NCBI RefSeq assembly: GCF_013315695.1
Contig: NZ_CP054353.1
Length of the DNA: 64,000 nt
Strand: one strand, 5' to 3'
DNA from: Escherichia coli
Lineage (GTDB): Bacteria > Pseudomonadota > Gammaproteobacteria > Enterobacterales > Enterobacteriaceae
Part shown: in pieces, positions 12,924 through 23,417 of the stretch
Layout: every line of letters begins with the position of its first letter
Numbering within the stretch: position 1 is the first letter of the stretch
Made by a program: the position numbers and the translations under genes
Notes under the pieces: model-generated
Told to the model about the DNA's origin: nothing
Databases searched by the model: none
Seen by the model: the letters and a program-made list of their open reading frames with translations, nothing else

Positions 12924-15900
12924 ATGATTACTATTGACGGTAATGGCGCGGTTGCTTCGGTGGCGTTTCGCACCAGTGAAGTTATCGCCATCTACCCTAT
13001 TACCCCCAGTTCCACGATGGCAGAACAGGCTGATGCCTGGGCCGGAAACGGCTTGAAGAACGTTTGGGGAGACACACCACGCGTGGTTGAAATGCAGTCG
13101 GAAGCGGGTGCTATCGCTACCGTGCATGGCGCTTTGCAGACGGGTGCCCTTTCAACATCGTTTACGTCATCGCAGGGTTTGCTGCTGATGATCCCGACGC
13201 TGTACAAACTGGCAGGCGAACTGACGCCATTTGTCCTGCATGTAGCGGCACGTACCGTTGCCACACATGCACTCTCTATTTTTGGCGATCATTCCGACGT
13301 TATGGCGGTGCGCCAGACGGGTTGCGCGATGTTGTGTGCGGCTAACGTCCAGGAAGTGCAAGACTTTGCTCTCATTTCGCACATCGCAACGCTGAAGAGC
13401 CGCGTGCCATTTATTCATTTCTTTGATGGTTTCCGCACGTCCCACGAAATCAATAAAATTGTCCCGCTGGCCGATGACACTATTCTTGATCTCATGCCGC
13501 AGGCCGAAATTGATGCTCATCGCGCCCGGGCGCTCAACCCGGAACATCCGGTGATCCGCGGTACGTCCGCCAATCCTGACACTTATTTCCAGTCTCGCGA
13601 AGCCACCAACCCCTGGTACAACGCGGTCTATGACCATGTTGAACAGGCGATGAATGATTTCGCTGCCGCGACAGGTCGTCAGTATCAACCGTTTGAGTAT
13701 TATGGGCATCCGCAAGCGGAACGGGTGATTATCCTGATGGGCTCAGCCATTGGCACCTGTGAAGAAGTGGTTGATGAATTGCTAACCCGTGGCGAAAAAG
13801 TCGGCGTGCTGAAAGTTCGCCTGTACCGTCCCTTCTCCGCCAAACACTTGCTACAAGCTCTGCCGGGATCCGTACGCAGCGTGGCGGTACTGGACAGAAC
13901 CAAAGAACCCGGTGCCCAGGCAGAACCGCTCTATCTGGATGTGATGACCGCACTGGCAGAAGCCTTTAATAATGGCGAGCGCGAAACCCTGCCCCGTGTC
14001 ATTGGTGGGCGCTATGGTCTTTCATCCAAAGAATTTGGCCCGGACTGTGTACTGGCGGTATTTGCCGAGCTCAACGCGGCTAAACCGAAAGCGCGCTTTA
14101 CGGTTGGTATTTACGATGATGTGACCAATCTGTCACTGCCGTTGCCGGAAAACACCCTGCCAAACTCGGCGAAACTTGAAGCCTTGTTTTATGGCCTTGG
14201 TAGTGATGGCAGCGTTTCCGCGACCAAAAACAATATCAAGATTATCGGTAATTCCACGCCGTGGTACGCACAGGGCTATTTTGTTTACGACTCCAAAAAG
14301 GCGGGCGGCCTGACGGTTTCTCATCTTCGTGTGAGCGAACAGCCGATTCGTTCCGCTTATCTGATTTCCCAGGCTGATTTTGTTGGCTGCCACCAGTTGC
14401 AGTTTATCGATAAATATCAGATGGCTGAACGTTTAAAACCTGGCGGCATTTTCCTGCTCAACACGCCGTACAGCGCAGATGAAGTATGGTCGCGCTTGCC
14501 GCAGGAAGTTCAGGCCGTGTTAAACCAGAAAAAAGCGCGCTTCTATGTGATTAACGCGGCGAAAATCGCCCGCGAATGTGGCCTGGCGGCCCGTATTAAT
14601 ACCGTCATGCAGATGGCTTTTTTCCATCTTACGCAAATTCTGCCTGGCGATAGCGCCCTCGCAGAATTGCAGGGTGCGATTGCCAAAAGTTACAGTAGCA
14701 AAGGCCAGGATCTGGTGGAACGCAACTGGCAGGCTCTGGCGCTGGCACGTGAATCCGTAGAAGAAGTTCCGCTGCAACCAGTAAATCCGCACAGCGCCAA
14801 TCGACCGCCAGTGGTTTCCGATGCCGCCCCTGATTTCGTGAAAACCGTAACCGCGGCGATGCTCGCCGGGCTTGGTGATGCCCTCCCCGTTTCGGCGCTG
14901 CCGCCAGACGGCACCTGGCCGATGGGCACCACGCGCTGGGAAAAACGCAATATCGCCGAAGAGATCCCCATCTGGAAAGAGGAACTCTGCACCCAATGTA
15001 ACCACTGCGTCGCTGCTTGCCCACACTCAGCTATTCGCGCAAAAGTGGTACCGCCTGAAGCGATGGAAAACGCCCCTGCCAGCCTGCATTCGCTGGATGT
15101 GAAATCGCGTGATATGCGCGGGCAGAAATATGTCTTGCAGGTGGCTCCGGAAGATTGCACGGGTTGTAACCTGTGCGTCGAAGTTTGCCCGGCGAAAGAC
15201 CGTCAGGATCCAGAGATTAAAGCCATCAATATGATGTCGCGGCTGGAACATGTCGAGGAAGAGAAAATCAATTACGACTTCTTCCTGAATTTACCAGAAA
15301 TCGATCGCAGCAAACTGGAACGTATTGATATTCGTACATCGCAACTGATTACACCGCTGTTTGAATATTCAGGTGCTTGCTCTGGTTGTGGCGAGACGCC
15401 GTATATTAAATTGCTGACTCAGCTCTATGGCGATCGGATGTTGATCGCTAACGCTACGGGTTGTTCTTCAATTTATGGTGGTAACCTGCCCTCCACACCA
15501 TATACCACTGATGCCAACGGTCGTGGACCGGCATGGGCGAACTCGCTGTTTGAAGATAACGCCGAATTCGGCCTTGGTTTCCGCCTTACGGTCGATCAAC
15601 ACCGTGTCCGCGTGCTGCGTCTGCTGGATCAATTTGCCGATAAAATCCCGGCGGAATTACTGACTGCGTTGAAATCAGACGCTACGCCAGAGATTCGTCG
15701 TGAACAGGTTGCAGCTTTACGCCAGCAACTCAACGATGTTGCCGAAGCACATGAACTGCTACGTGACGCAGATGCTCTGGTGGAAAAATCAATCTGGCTG
15801 ATTGGTGGTGACGGCTGGGCTTACGATATCGGCTTTGGTGGTCTGGATCATGTATTGAGTTTGACGGAAAACGTCAACATTCTGGTGCTGGATACGCAAT

Positions 15901-16448
15901 GCTATTCCAACACCGGTGGTCAGGCGTCGAAAGCGACACCGCTGGGTGCAGTAACTAAGTTCGGCGAGCACGGCAAACGTAAAGCGCGTAAAGATCTTGG
16001 CGTCAGTATGATGATGTACGGTCATGTTTATGTGGCGCAGATTTCTCTCGGCGCGCAGCTGAACCAGACGGTGAAAGCGATTCAGGAAGCGGAAGCGTAT
16101 CCGGGACCATCGCTGATCATTGCTTATAGCCCGTGTGAAGAGCATGGTTACGATCTGGCTCTCAGCCACGACCAGATGCGCCAACTCACTGCTACCGGCT
16201 TCTGGCCGCTATATCGCTTCGATCCTCGTCGTGCCGATGAAGGCAAACTGCCGCTGGCGCTGGATTCACGCCCGCCGTCAGAAGCACTGGAAGAAACGTT
16301 ACTTCATGAGCAACGTTTCCGTCGTCTGAATTCGCAGCAGCCAGAAGTGGCAGAACAGTTATGGAAAGATGCTGCAGCTGATTTGCAAAAACGCTATGAC
16401 TTCCTGGCACAAATGGCCGGAAAAGCGGAAAAAAGCAACACCGATTAA
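12924..16448 (+). CDS. ydbK: Pyruvate:flavodoxin/ferredoxin oxidoreductase
   Basis: 1174-aa ORF with tandem 4Fe-4S ferredoxin motifs (CTQCNHCVAACP, CTGCNLCVEVCP) and a TPP-binding region; matches K-12 YdbK (Pfo) in length. Confidence 0.95.
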   Translation: MITIDGNGAVASVAFRTSEVIAIYPITPSSTMAEQADAWAGNGLKNVWGDTPRVVEMQSEAGAIATVHGALQTGALSTSFTSSQGLLLMIPTLYKLAGELTPFVLHVAARTVATHALSIFGDHSDVMAVRQTGCAMLCAANVQEVQDFALISHIATLKSRVPFIHFFDGFRTSHEINKIVPLADDTILDLMPQAEIDAHRARALNPEHPVIRGTSANPDTYFQSREATNPWYNAVYDHVEQAMNDFAAATGRQYQPFEYYGHPQAERVIILMGSAIGTCEEVVDELLTRGEKVGVLKVRLYRPFSAKHLLQALPGSVRSVAVLDRTKEPGAQAEPLYLDVMTALAEAFNNGERETLPRVIGGRYGLSSKEFGPDCVLAVFAELNAAKPKARFTVGIYDDVTNLSLPLPENTLPNSAKLEALFYGLGSDGSVSATKNNIKIIGNSTPWYAQGYFVYDSKKAGGLTVSHLRVSEQPIRSAYLISQADFVGCHQLQFIDKYQMAERLKPGGIFLLNTPYSADEVWSRLPQEVQAVLNQKKARFYVINAAKIARECGLAARINTVMQMAFFHLTQILPGDSALAELQGAIAKSYSSKGQDLVERNWQALALARESVEEVPLQPVNPHSANRPPVVSDAAPDFVKTVTAAMLAGLGDALPVSALPPDGTWPMGTTRWEKRNIAEEIPIWKEELCTQCNHCVAACPHSAIRAKVVPPEAMENAPASLHSLDVKSRDMRGQKYVLQVAPEDCTGCNLCVEVCPAKDRQDPEIKAINMMSRLEHVEEEKINYDFFLNLPEIDRSKLERIDIRTSQLITPLFEYSGACSGCGETPYIKLLTQLYGDRMLIANATGCSSIYGGNLPSTPYTTDANGRGPAWANSLFEDNAEFGLGFRLTVDQHRVRVLRLLDQFADKIPAELLTALKSDATPEIRREQVAALRQQLNDVAEAHELLRDADALVEKSIWLIGGDGWAYDIGFGGLDHVLSLTENVNILVLDTQCYSNTGGQASKATPLGAVTKFGEHGKRKARKDLGVSMMMYGHVYVAQISLGAQLNQTVKAIQEAEAYPGPSLIIAYSPCEEHGYDLALSHDQMRQLTATGFWPLYRFDPRRADEGKLPLALDSRPPSEALEETLLHEQRFRRLNSQQPEVAEQLWKDAAADLQKRYDFLAQMAGKAEKSNTD

Positions 16449-16476
16449 ATGCTCTGGATAAGGATCATCCAATTCT

Positions 16477-16581
16477 AAAAAAAAGCCCGGACGACGGTTC
16501 GGGCTTGTCTCATTATTTGTTGGATAAACAGTAACAAGGGTCCAACAGAAAATAATCTTTGTGACAATAAAGGCATATAAC
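16477..16581 (-). ncRNA. micC: MicC sRNA (Hfq-dependent repressor of ompC)
   Basis: Reverse complement reads GTTATATGCCTTTATTGTCAC... and ends in hairpin GCCCGAACCGTCGTCCGGGC plus T8; the 5-prime seed and terminator match MicC; lies between ydbK and ompN as in K-12. Confidence 0.8.
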
Positions 16582-16838
16582 CCGCGAAGAATAACGCATC
16601 ACTATTTAAATGTATAATTTTTATTTTGTATATGTCGCCAACAATATATTCACCAGACTTATTATCATTTCAGAAGAATTATTTGATTAAGGTTTTACTT
16701 AAGGCGTAACAAATAATATTTATCGTCTAACTGAACTTCTCCTTTAGGATGCTTTCACTCCCCGAAATGGGGATAAAAGGCAAGGTGATGCTGCCAACTT
16801 ACTGATTTAGTGTATGATGGTGTTTTTGAGGTGCTCCA

Positions 16839-17114
16839 GTGGCTTCTGTTTCTATCAGCTGTCCCTCCTGTTCAGCTACTGACGGGGTGGTGCGTAACGG
16901 CAAAAGCACCGCCGGACATCAGCGCTATCTCTGCTCTCACTGCCGTAAAACATGGCAACTGCAGTTCACTTACACCGCTTCTCAACCCGGTACGCACCAG
17001 AAAATCATTGATATGGCCATGAATGGCGTTGGATGCCGGGCAACAGCCCGCATTATGGGCGTTGGCCTCAACACGATTTTACGTCACTTAAAAAACTCAG
17101 GCCGCAGTCGGTAA
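16839..17114 (+). CDS. insA: IS1 InsA
   Basis: 91-aa ORF identical to the InsA of copy 1. Confidence 0.95.
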
Positions 17115-17536
17115 CCTCGCGCATACAGCCGGGCAGTGACGTCATCGTCTGCGCGGAAATGGACGAACAGTGGGGCTATGTCGGGGCTAAATCGCGCCAG
17201 CGCTGGCTGTTTTACGCGTATGACAGGCTCCGGAAGACGGTTGTTGCGCACGTATTCGGTGAACGCACTATGGCGACGCTGGGGCGTCTTATGAGCCTGC
17301 TGTCACCCTTTGACGTGGTGATATGGATGACGGATGGCTGGCCGCTGTATGAATCCCGCCTGAAGGGAAAGCTGCACGTAATCAGCAAGCGATATACGCA
17401 GCGAATTGAGCGGCATAACCTGAATCTGAGGCAGCACCTGGCACGGCTGGGACGGAAGTCGCTGTCGTTCTCAAAATCGGTGGAGCTGCATGACAAAGTC
17501 ATCGGGCATTATCTGAACATAAAACACTATCAATAA
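17033..17536 (+). CDS. insB: IS1 InsB frame
   Basis: 167-aa ORF identical to the InsB of copy 1. Confidence 0.9.
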
Positions 17537-17551
17537 GTTGGAGTCATTACC

Positions 17552-18357
17552 TCGATTACGGACGTAATTATGGCGTAATGTACGACATCGAAGGCTGGAC
17601 CGATATGCTGCCTGAATTTGGCGGTGACTCTTATACCAATGCAGACAACTTTATGACTGGTCGTGCCAACGGCGTCGCGACTTATCGTAATACTGATTTC
17701 TTCGGTCTGGTAAATGGTCTGAACTTCGCAGTGCAGTATCAAGGTAACAACGAAGGTGCCAGTAATGGTCAGGAAGGCACCAACAACGGACGTGATGTTC
17801 GCCATGAAAACGGTGACGGCTGGGGTCTTTCCACAACATATGATTTAGGCATGGGCTTTAGCGCTGGTGCGGCATACACCTCATCTGACCGCACCAATGA
17901 CCAGGTTAACCATACTGCGGCAGGTGGTGATAAAGCAGACGCGTGGACTGCTGGGCTAAAATACGATGCTAACAATATTTACCTGGCAACCATGTATTCA
18001 GAAACACGTAACATGACCCCGTTTGGCGACAGCGATTATGCAGTTGCGAACAAAACCCAGAACTTTGAAGTTACTGCACAGTACCAGTTTGATTTTGGTC
18101 TGCGTCCGGCAGTCTCTTTCCTGATGTCTAAAGGCCGTGACCTTCACGCTGCCGGTGGTGCAGACAACCCGGCAGGTGTTGATGATAAAGATCTGGTTAA
18201 ATACGCCGATGTTGGCGCGACTTACTATTTCAACAAAAATATGTCCACCTACGTTGACTATAAAATCAACCTGTTGGATGAAGATGACAGCTTCTACGCT
18301 GCCAACGGCATCTCTACCGATGATATTGTCGCTTTAGGTCTGGTTTATCAGTTCTAA
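17552..18357 (+). pseudogene. ompN: Outer-membrane porin OmpN, 5-prime-truncated by IS1 (about 110 N-terminal codons missing)
   Basis: Frame is open from the first base after IS1 (..[25 protein letters not shown]...LGLVYQF*), which aligns to the middle and C-terminus of OmpC-family porins; no signal peptide or promoter remains. Confidence 0.85.
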
Positions 18358-18365
18358 ATCCTCCT

Positions 18366-18390
18366 GCCCGCTGTTATGGCGGGCTTTTTC
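18366..18390 (+). terminator. Rho-independent terminator after ompN
   Basis: Stem gcccgc / gcgggc with 6-nt loop followed by TTTTT. Confidence 0.6.
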
Positions 18391-18416
18391 TGCTTATTCT
18401 TCCTCCTTTGATCTAA

Positions 18417-18932
<516 letters not shown>

Positions 18933-18939
18933 CACTAAC

Positions 18940-18965
18940 GCCCGCACATTGCTGCGGGCTTTTTG
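18940..18965 (+). terminator. Rho-independent terminator after uspF
   Basis: Stem gcccgca / tgcgggc with 6-nt loop followed by TTTTT. Confidence 0.6.
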
Positions 18966-19107
18966 ATTCATTTCGCAAATGTGCTGACATTTTCCCCTCT
19001 AATCCGTACCATACACGCCACAGTTTTTATATCAGATTTCTTATGCTGGGCGTTCCGGCATGACGCATACTCTTCTGATGCCATATAACGAATTGAGTCG
19101 CTTTTAA

Positions 19108-19161
19108 ATGTCGCAAAATCAAGAAATTAGTAAGAAAGAACAATACAACCTGAACAAGTAA
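19108..19161 (+). pseudogene. ttcC: ttcA-like 5-prime fragment marking the prophage attR
   Basis: ATG TCG CAA AAT CAA GAA ATT AGT AAG AAA GAA CAA TAC AAC CTG AAC AAG TAA encodes [17 protein letters not shown], a diverged copy of the TtcA N-terminus ([17 protein letters not shown]) at 33431. Confidence 0.7.
19132..19157. repeat. Prophage attachment core, right copy (26-bp direct repeat)
   Basis: aagaaagaacaatacaacctgaacaa, identical to 33455..33480 inside the ttcA start. Confidence 0.75.
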
Positions 19162-19257
19162 GGGCAAAAATCACAACTCTCTGACTCATAAGTATTTTAC
19201 TTATTTTTCAATGTGTTAAATATCATCAGCGACAACAATAAGCTACGATAACCCACT

Positions 19258-19310
19258 CTTTTTTTGCCCCTTTTTTGCCCCTTTTGCAGCGCTTTGCCCC
19301 ATTTTTGCCA
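19258..19310. repeat. Cluster of four TTTTGCC(CC) direct repeats
   Basis: tttttgcccc ttttttgcccc ttttgcagcgc tttgcccc atttttgcca; between attR and the sitA regulatory region. Confidence 0.4.
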
Positions 19311-19421
19311 TCAACAATTTTCCTCATCAAGTCATTTCAAAGCCTAATAGGTGCCCTACTTTTTTCCTCAGTACCACGTCGCCAGCAGGAAACAACCTAA
19401 TCCCGGTTCGGATCTAAAATT

Positions 19422-19440
19422 GCTAATGATAATCATTTTC
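19422..19440 (+). promoter_or_regulatory. Fur box upstream of sitA
   Basis: gctaatgataatcattttc matches the 19-bp Fur consensus GATAATGATAATCATTATC at 16/19 positions. Confidence 0.6.
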
Positions 19441-19462
19441 ATTTTGTATTGCTTATGCTATA

Positions 19463-19484
19463 AAACATAGCCGTTGCTATGTTT
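19463..19484 (+). promoter_or_regulatory. MntR operator upstream of sitA
   Basis: Perfect palindrome aaacatagc-cgtt-gctatgttt, the MntR-box architecture, 33 bp upstream of the sitA ATG. Confidence 0.7.
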
Positions 19485-19516
19485 GTTCTAATTTTGCTCA
19501 CTATAGGTACTAAATT

Positions 19517-20431
19517 ATGTACTCAATAAAAAAAGTAACCATGCTCTTGGGGTGCCTCGCCCTCACCTGCTCGATCGCATTTCAGGCGAGTGCAACTGAA
19601 AAATTCAAGGTCATTACAACATTTACCATCATCGCAGATATGGCCAAAAACGTGGCTGGAGATGCTGCAGAAGTCTCATCCATAACCAAGCCCGGTGCAG
19701 AAATTCATGAGTATCAGCCTACCCCTGGCGATATTAAACGTGCGCAGGAGGCACAACTGATTCTCGCCAATGGTATGAATCTGGAATTGTGGTTCCAACG
19801 CTTTTACCAGCATCTTAATGGGGTTCCAGAAGTAATTGTCTCTTCGGGTGTGACGCCAGTAGGGATCACTGAAGGCCCCTATGAGGGCAAACCTAACCCC
19901 CATGCCTGGATGTCGCCAGATAATGCTCTGATTTACGTCGATAATATTCGTGATGCGTTGATAAAATACGATCCGGCAAATGCACAAACCTACCAACGTA
20001 ATGCCGATACTTATAAAGCCAAGATTACCCAAACCCTTGCCCCCCTGCGTAAGCAGATTGCTGAACTCCCTGAGAATCAGCGATGGATGGTCACCAGTGA
20101 AGGGGCTTTTTCTTATCTCGCACGCGATTTGGGGCTAAAAGAGCTTTATCTGTGGCCGATTAATGCCGATCAACAAGGCACGCCGCAGCAGGTACGTAAG
20201 GTTGTTGATATGGTGAAGAAAAATCATATCCCGGCAGTCTTTAGCGAGAGTACGATTTCCGATAAACCAGCGCGTCAGGTTGCGCGTGAAACCGGCGCGC
20301 ACTACGGCGGTGTACTCTATGTCGATTCCCTGAGCACAGAAAACGGCCCGGTACCTACGTATATCGACCTTCTGAAGGTTACTACCAGTACGCTGGTACA
20401 GGGAATTAAAGCCGGGAAAAGGGAGAAATAA
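19517..20431 (+). CDS. sitA: Mn/Fe ABC transporter periplasmic substrate-binding protein SitA
   Basis: 304-aa ORF with signal peptide, cluster-9 metal-binding family (SitA/YfeA/MntC-like). Confidence 0.9.
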   Translation: MYSIKKVTMLLGCLALTCSIAFQASATEKFKVITTFTIIADMAKNVAGDAAEVSSITKPGAEIHEYQPTPGDIKRAQEAQLILANGMNLELWFQRFYQHLNGVPEVIVSSGVTPVGITEGPYEGKPNPHAWMSPDNALIYVDNIRDALIKYDPANAQTYQRNADTYKAKITQTLAPLRKQIAELPENQRWMVTSEGAFSYLARDLGLKELYLWPINADQQGTPQQVRKVVDMVKKNHIPAVFSESTISDKPARQVARETGAHYGGVLYVDSLSTENGPVPTYIDLLKVTTSTLVQGIKAGKREK

Positions 20432-21258
20432 TGATGCAATCTGCGGGCATTGTCGTTAATGATGTTACTGTCACCTGGCGTAACGGGCACACAGCACTGC
20501 GCGATGCATCCTTCACAGTACCAAGTGGATCTATTGCCGCTCTGGTTGGGGTAAACGGTTCCGGAAAATCGACGTTGTTTAAAGCGATTATGGGATTTGT
20601 GCGTCTGACCAGCGGAAAGATATCTGTTCTGGGTATTCCCACGCGACAGGCGCTACAGAAAAACCTGGTTGCCTACGTCCCTCAGTCAGAAGAGGTTGAC
20701 TGGTCATTTCCTGTACTAGTGGAAGATGTGGTGATGATGGGCCGCTATGGGCACATGGGTATGTTGCGTATAGCCAAAAAGAGGGATCGTCAGATTGTCA
20801 CCGATGCGCTGGAACGTGTCGATATGGTGGATTTTCGCCATCGACAAATCGGCGAGCTTTCCGGTGGACAAAAGAAACGCGTCTTTCTGGCGAGAGCGAT
20901 TGCACAGCAGGGTGATGTGATCCTGCTGGATGAACCTTTTACCGGCGTTGATGTGAAAACCGAAGCGAAAATCATCAGCCTGTTGAGGGAGTTACGCGCG
21001 GAAGGCAAGACGATGCTTGTCTCAACGCACAATCTCGGCTCAGTCACGACATTTTGCGATTATACGGTCATGGTCAAAGGCACCGTCCTGGCAAGCGGGC
21101 CGACAGACACCACTTTTACAGCCGAGAACCTGGAGCTGGCTTTTAGCGGCGTACTGCGCCATGTCACACTTAACGCCTCGGAAGAAAGCATTATTACTGA
21201 CGATGAACACCCTTTTGTGGCACATCGACCGTCAGCGGTGCAGAGGGAAGCAAGATGA
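20431..21258 (+). CDS. sitB: Mn/Fe ABC transporter ATP-binding protein SitB
   Basis: 275-aa ORF with Walker [13 protein letters not shown] signature LSGGQKKR and Walker B ILLDEP. Confidence 0.9.
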   Translation: MMQSAGIVVNDVTVTWRNGHTALRDASFTVPSGSIAALVGVNGSGKSTLFKAIMGFVRLTSGKISVLGIPTRQALQKNLVAYVPQSEEVDWSFPVLVEDVVMMGRYGHMGMLRIAKKRDRQIVTDALERVDMVDFRHRQIGELSGGQKKRVFLARAIAQQGDVILLDEPFTGVDVKTEAKIISLLRELRAEGKTMLVSTHNLGSVTTFCDYTVMVKGTVLASGPTDTTFTAENLELAFSGVLRHVTLNASEESIITDDEHPFVAHRPSAVQREAR

Positions 21259-22112
21259 ACGTGCTACTGGAACCCTTCAGCTATGAATATATGCTCAATG
21301 CGATGTGGGTCTCGGCGATGGTCGGCGGTCTCTGCGCTTTCCTGTCATGCTATCTGATGCTAAAAGGCTGGTCGCTGATTGGCGATGCGCTGTCGCACTC
21401 TATTGTCCCGGGTGTTGCGGGGGCATATATGCTGGGGCTTCCGTTTTCTCTGGGAGCCTTCTTTTCCGGCGGACTGGCAGCGGGCAGCATGCTGTTTCTT
21501 AACCAACGCACTCGCTTAAAAGAAGATGCCATCATCGGCCTGATCTTCTCCTCCTTTTTTGGCCTGGGGCTGTTTATGGTGTCATTGAACCCGACATCCG
21601 TGAACATTCAGACCATCGTCCTAGGCAATATTCTGGCAATCGATCCGGCGGATATCCTGCAACTCACTATCATTGGCATTCTCTCGATCATCGTGCTTTT
21701 TTTCAAATGGAAAGATCTTATGGTGACCTTTTTCGACGAGAATCACGCCCGTGCTATTGGATTGCATCCGGGCAGATTAAAAATCCTCTTCTTCACCCTG
21801 CTGTCGGTTTCGACCGTTGCGGCGCTGCAAACGGTTGGTGCCTTTCTGGTGATCTGTCTGGTGGTGACTCCCGGTGCAACAGCATGGTTGTTAACCGATC
21901 GTTTTCCCCGCCTGCTCATAATTGCTGTAACTATTGGCAGTGTAACCAGTTTCCTCGGCGCGTGGGTCAGTTACTTTCTGGACGGCGCGACAGGTGGAAT
22001 CATCGTGGTGGCGCAGACACTGCTGTTTCTTTTAGCATTTGTATTTGCGCCCACCCATGGGCTTTTGGCAAATCGTCGGCGTGCGCATAAAGCGCTGGAG
22101 GATCGCTCATGA
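21255..22112 (+). CDS. sitC: Mn/Fe ABC transporter permease SitC
   Basis: 285-aa polytopic membrane ORF; start overlaps the sitB stop. Confidence 0.9.
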   Translation: MNVLLEPFSYEYMLNAMWVSAMVGGLCAFLSCYLMLKGWSLIGDALSHSIVPGVAGAYMLGLPFSLGAFFSGGLAAGSMLFLNQRTRLKEDAIIGLIFSSFFGLGLFMVSLNPTSVNIQTIVLGNILAIDPADILQLTIIGILSIIVLFFKWKDLMVTFFDENHARAIGLHPGRLKILFFTLLSVSTVAALQTVGAFLVICLVVTPGATAWLLTDRFPRLLIIAVTIGSVTSFLGAWVSYFLDGATGGIIVVAQTLLFLLAFVFAPTHGLLANRRRAHKALEDRS

Positions 22113-22966
22113 TGGCATTATTACTGGAGCCACTGCAGTTCACCTTTATGAGTCACGCACTGCTGATTTCACTGGTAGTTTCCATACCCTGTGCGCTGCT
22201 GTCGGTCTTTCTGGTCCTGAAAGGTTGGGCACTGATGGGTGACGCGATGAGTCATGCGGTTTTTCCTGGCATCGTGCTTGCCTGGATTCTGGGGTTACCT
22301 CTGGCTACAGGGGCATTTATCGCCGGAGTATTCTGCGCGGTGGCGACGGGATACCTGAAAGACAACAGCCGAATCAAGCAAGATACAGTGATGGGGATTG
22401 TTTTTTCTGGCATGTTTGCCGCAGGTCTGATCTTGTATATTGCAGTCAAACCAGACATACATCTTGACCATATTCTTTTCGGCGACATGCTCGGGGTAAC
22501 CATCGGCGATATAATCCAGACGATGATTATTGCCGGGCTGGTTACACTTGTTATTAGCGTAAAATGGCGGGATTTTTTGCTGTTCAGCTTTGATTATCAA
22601 CAGGCGCAGGTAAGCGGTTTGCATACGCGATGGCTGCATTATGGGCTGCTGTGCATGGTTTCCCTGACCATTGTGGCGACGCTGAAAGCAGTAGGTATCA
22701 TTCTCTCCATTTCTCTGCTCATTGCGCCTGGCGCCATTGCGGTACTCCTGACACAACGCTTTCATATTGCACTCCTACTGGCGACTGGCATATCGGTAAT
22801 AGTCTCAATGACTGGTGTTTGGCTGTCCTTTTTTATCGACAGCGCACCCGCTCCGACGATTGTCGTCTTATTCGCGGTTGTGTTCATCATGACGTTTACC
22901 GTTATCAGTTTCAACGCACGCACAAAGGGAAACGCTCATAGACAGGATCTGTTATCCCCCAATTAG
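22109..22966 (+). CDS. sitD: Mn/Fe ABC transporter permease SitD
   Basis: 285-aa polytopic membrane ORF paralogous to SitC; start overlaps the sitC stop. Confidence 0.9.
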   Translation: MMALLLEPLQFTFMSHALLISLVVSIPCALLSVFLVLKGWALMGDAMSHAVFPGIVLAWILGLPLATGAFIAGVFCAVATGYLKDNSRIKQDTVMGIVFSGMFAAGLILYIAVKPDIHLDHILFGDMLGVTIGDIIQTMIIAGLVTLVISVKWRDFLLFSFDYQQAQVSGLHTRWLHYGLLCMVSLTIVATLKAVGIILSISLLIAPGAIAVLLTQRFHIALLLATGISVIVSMTGVWLSFFIDSAPAPTIVVLFAVVFIMTFTVISFNARTKGNAHRQDLLSPN

Positions 22967-23077
22967 CACAACATCCGAGGGCAGCATTGTCCGCTAGTAC
23001 ACTGCAGTCCAGAAAGTCATGGGCGGACGTTGGGAGGAGGCGCTAATCCTTTCATACAAAAAATATGTAAAATCAAT

Positions 23078-23150
23078 AACGGCTGTAAATCATTCAATAC
23101 TCGCACTATCGGAAGTTCACCAGCCAGCCGCAGCACGTTCTTGCATACGA
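23078..23150. repeat. Diverged direct repeat, left copy (3-prime end of a small membrane-protein gene plus downstream sequence)
   Basis: aatcattcaatactcgcactatcg matches 24557..24580 at 22/24; similarity continues through cttgcatacgacgtg. Reverse strand encodes ...LALSIVIGGLVKLKPQTRRMQERAAAGW* with no start codon. Confidence 0.5.
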
Positions 23151-23417
23151 CGTGTCTGCGGTTTCAACTTCACCAGTCCACCAATCACGATGGACAGTGC
23201 CAAGACAGCACTAGCAAAAACAGGAAATTAGCAGTCTCAGCAGAACACCGACCAGACGGTGAAGAAACAAAAAAGGATACGCAAAGGGGCCGCAGTTCCC
23301 GATTGATAAAAAAGCCAGCTTATGCGCTTTTTTTTCATGTATTATTAAGTATTGGTTAGCGTCTTTTTAATCAGAACTTTAAAGACAAGCCATTTGTAAG
23401 AAAACCGACAGATTCGG

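Larger units (their letters stand above)
16784..17551 (+). mobile_element. IS1 insertion sequence, copy 2 (768 bp)
   Basis: Same terminal inverted repeats and identical InsA/InsB proteins as copy 1; no flanking target duplication; right end abuts the truncated ompN. Confidence 0.95.

Noticed and set aside
13167-13715. 182-aa reverse-strand ORF (and several others) inside ydbK
   Set aside because: These are antisense shadow ORFs within a long, well-supported coding region.
19258-19310. Possible CRISPR array
   Set aside because: The repeats are only about 9 bp with irregular 1-3 bp spacers; there are no spacer-sized unique segments and no cas genes in the window.
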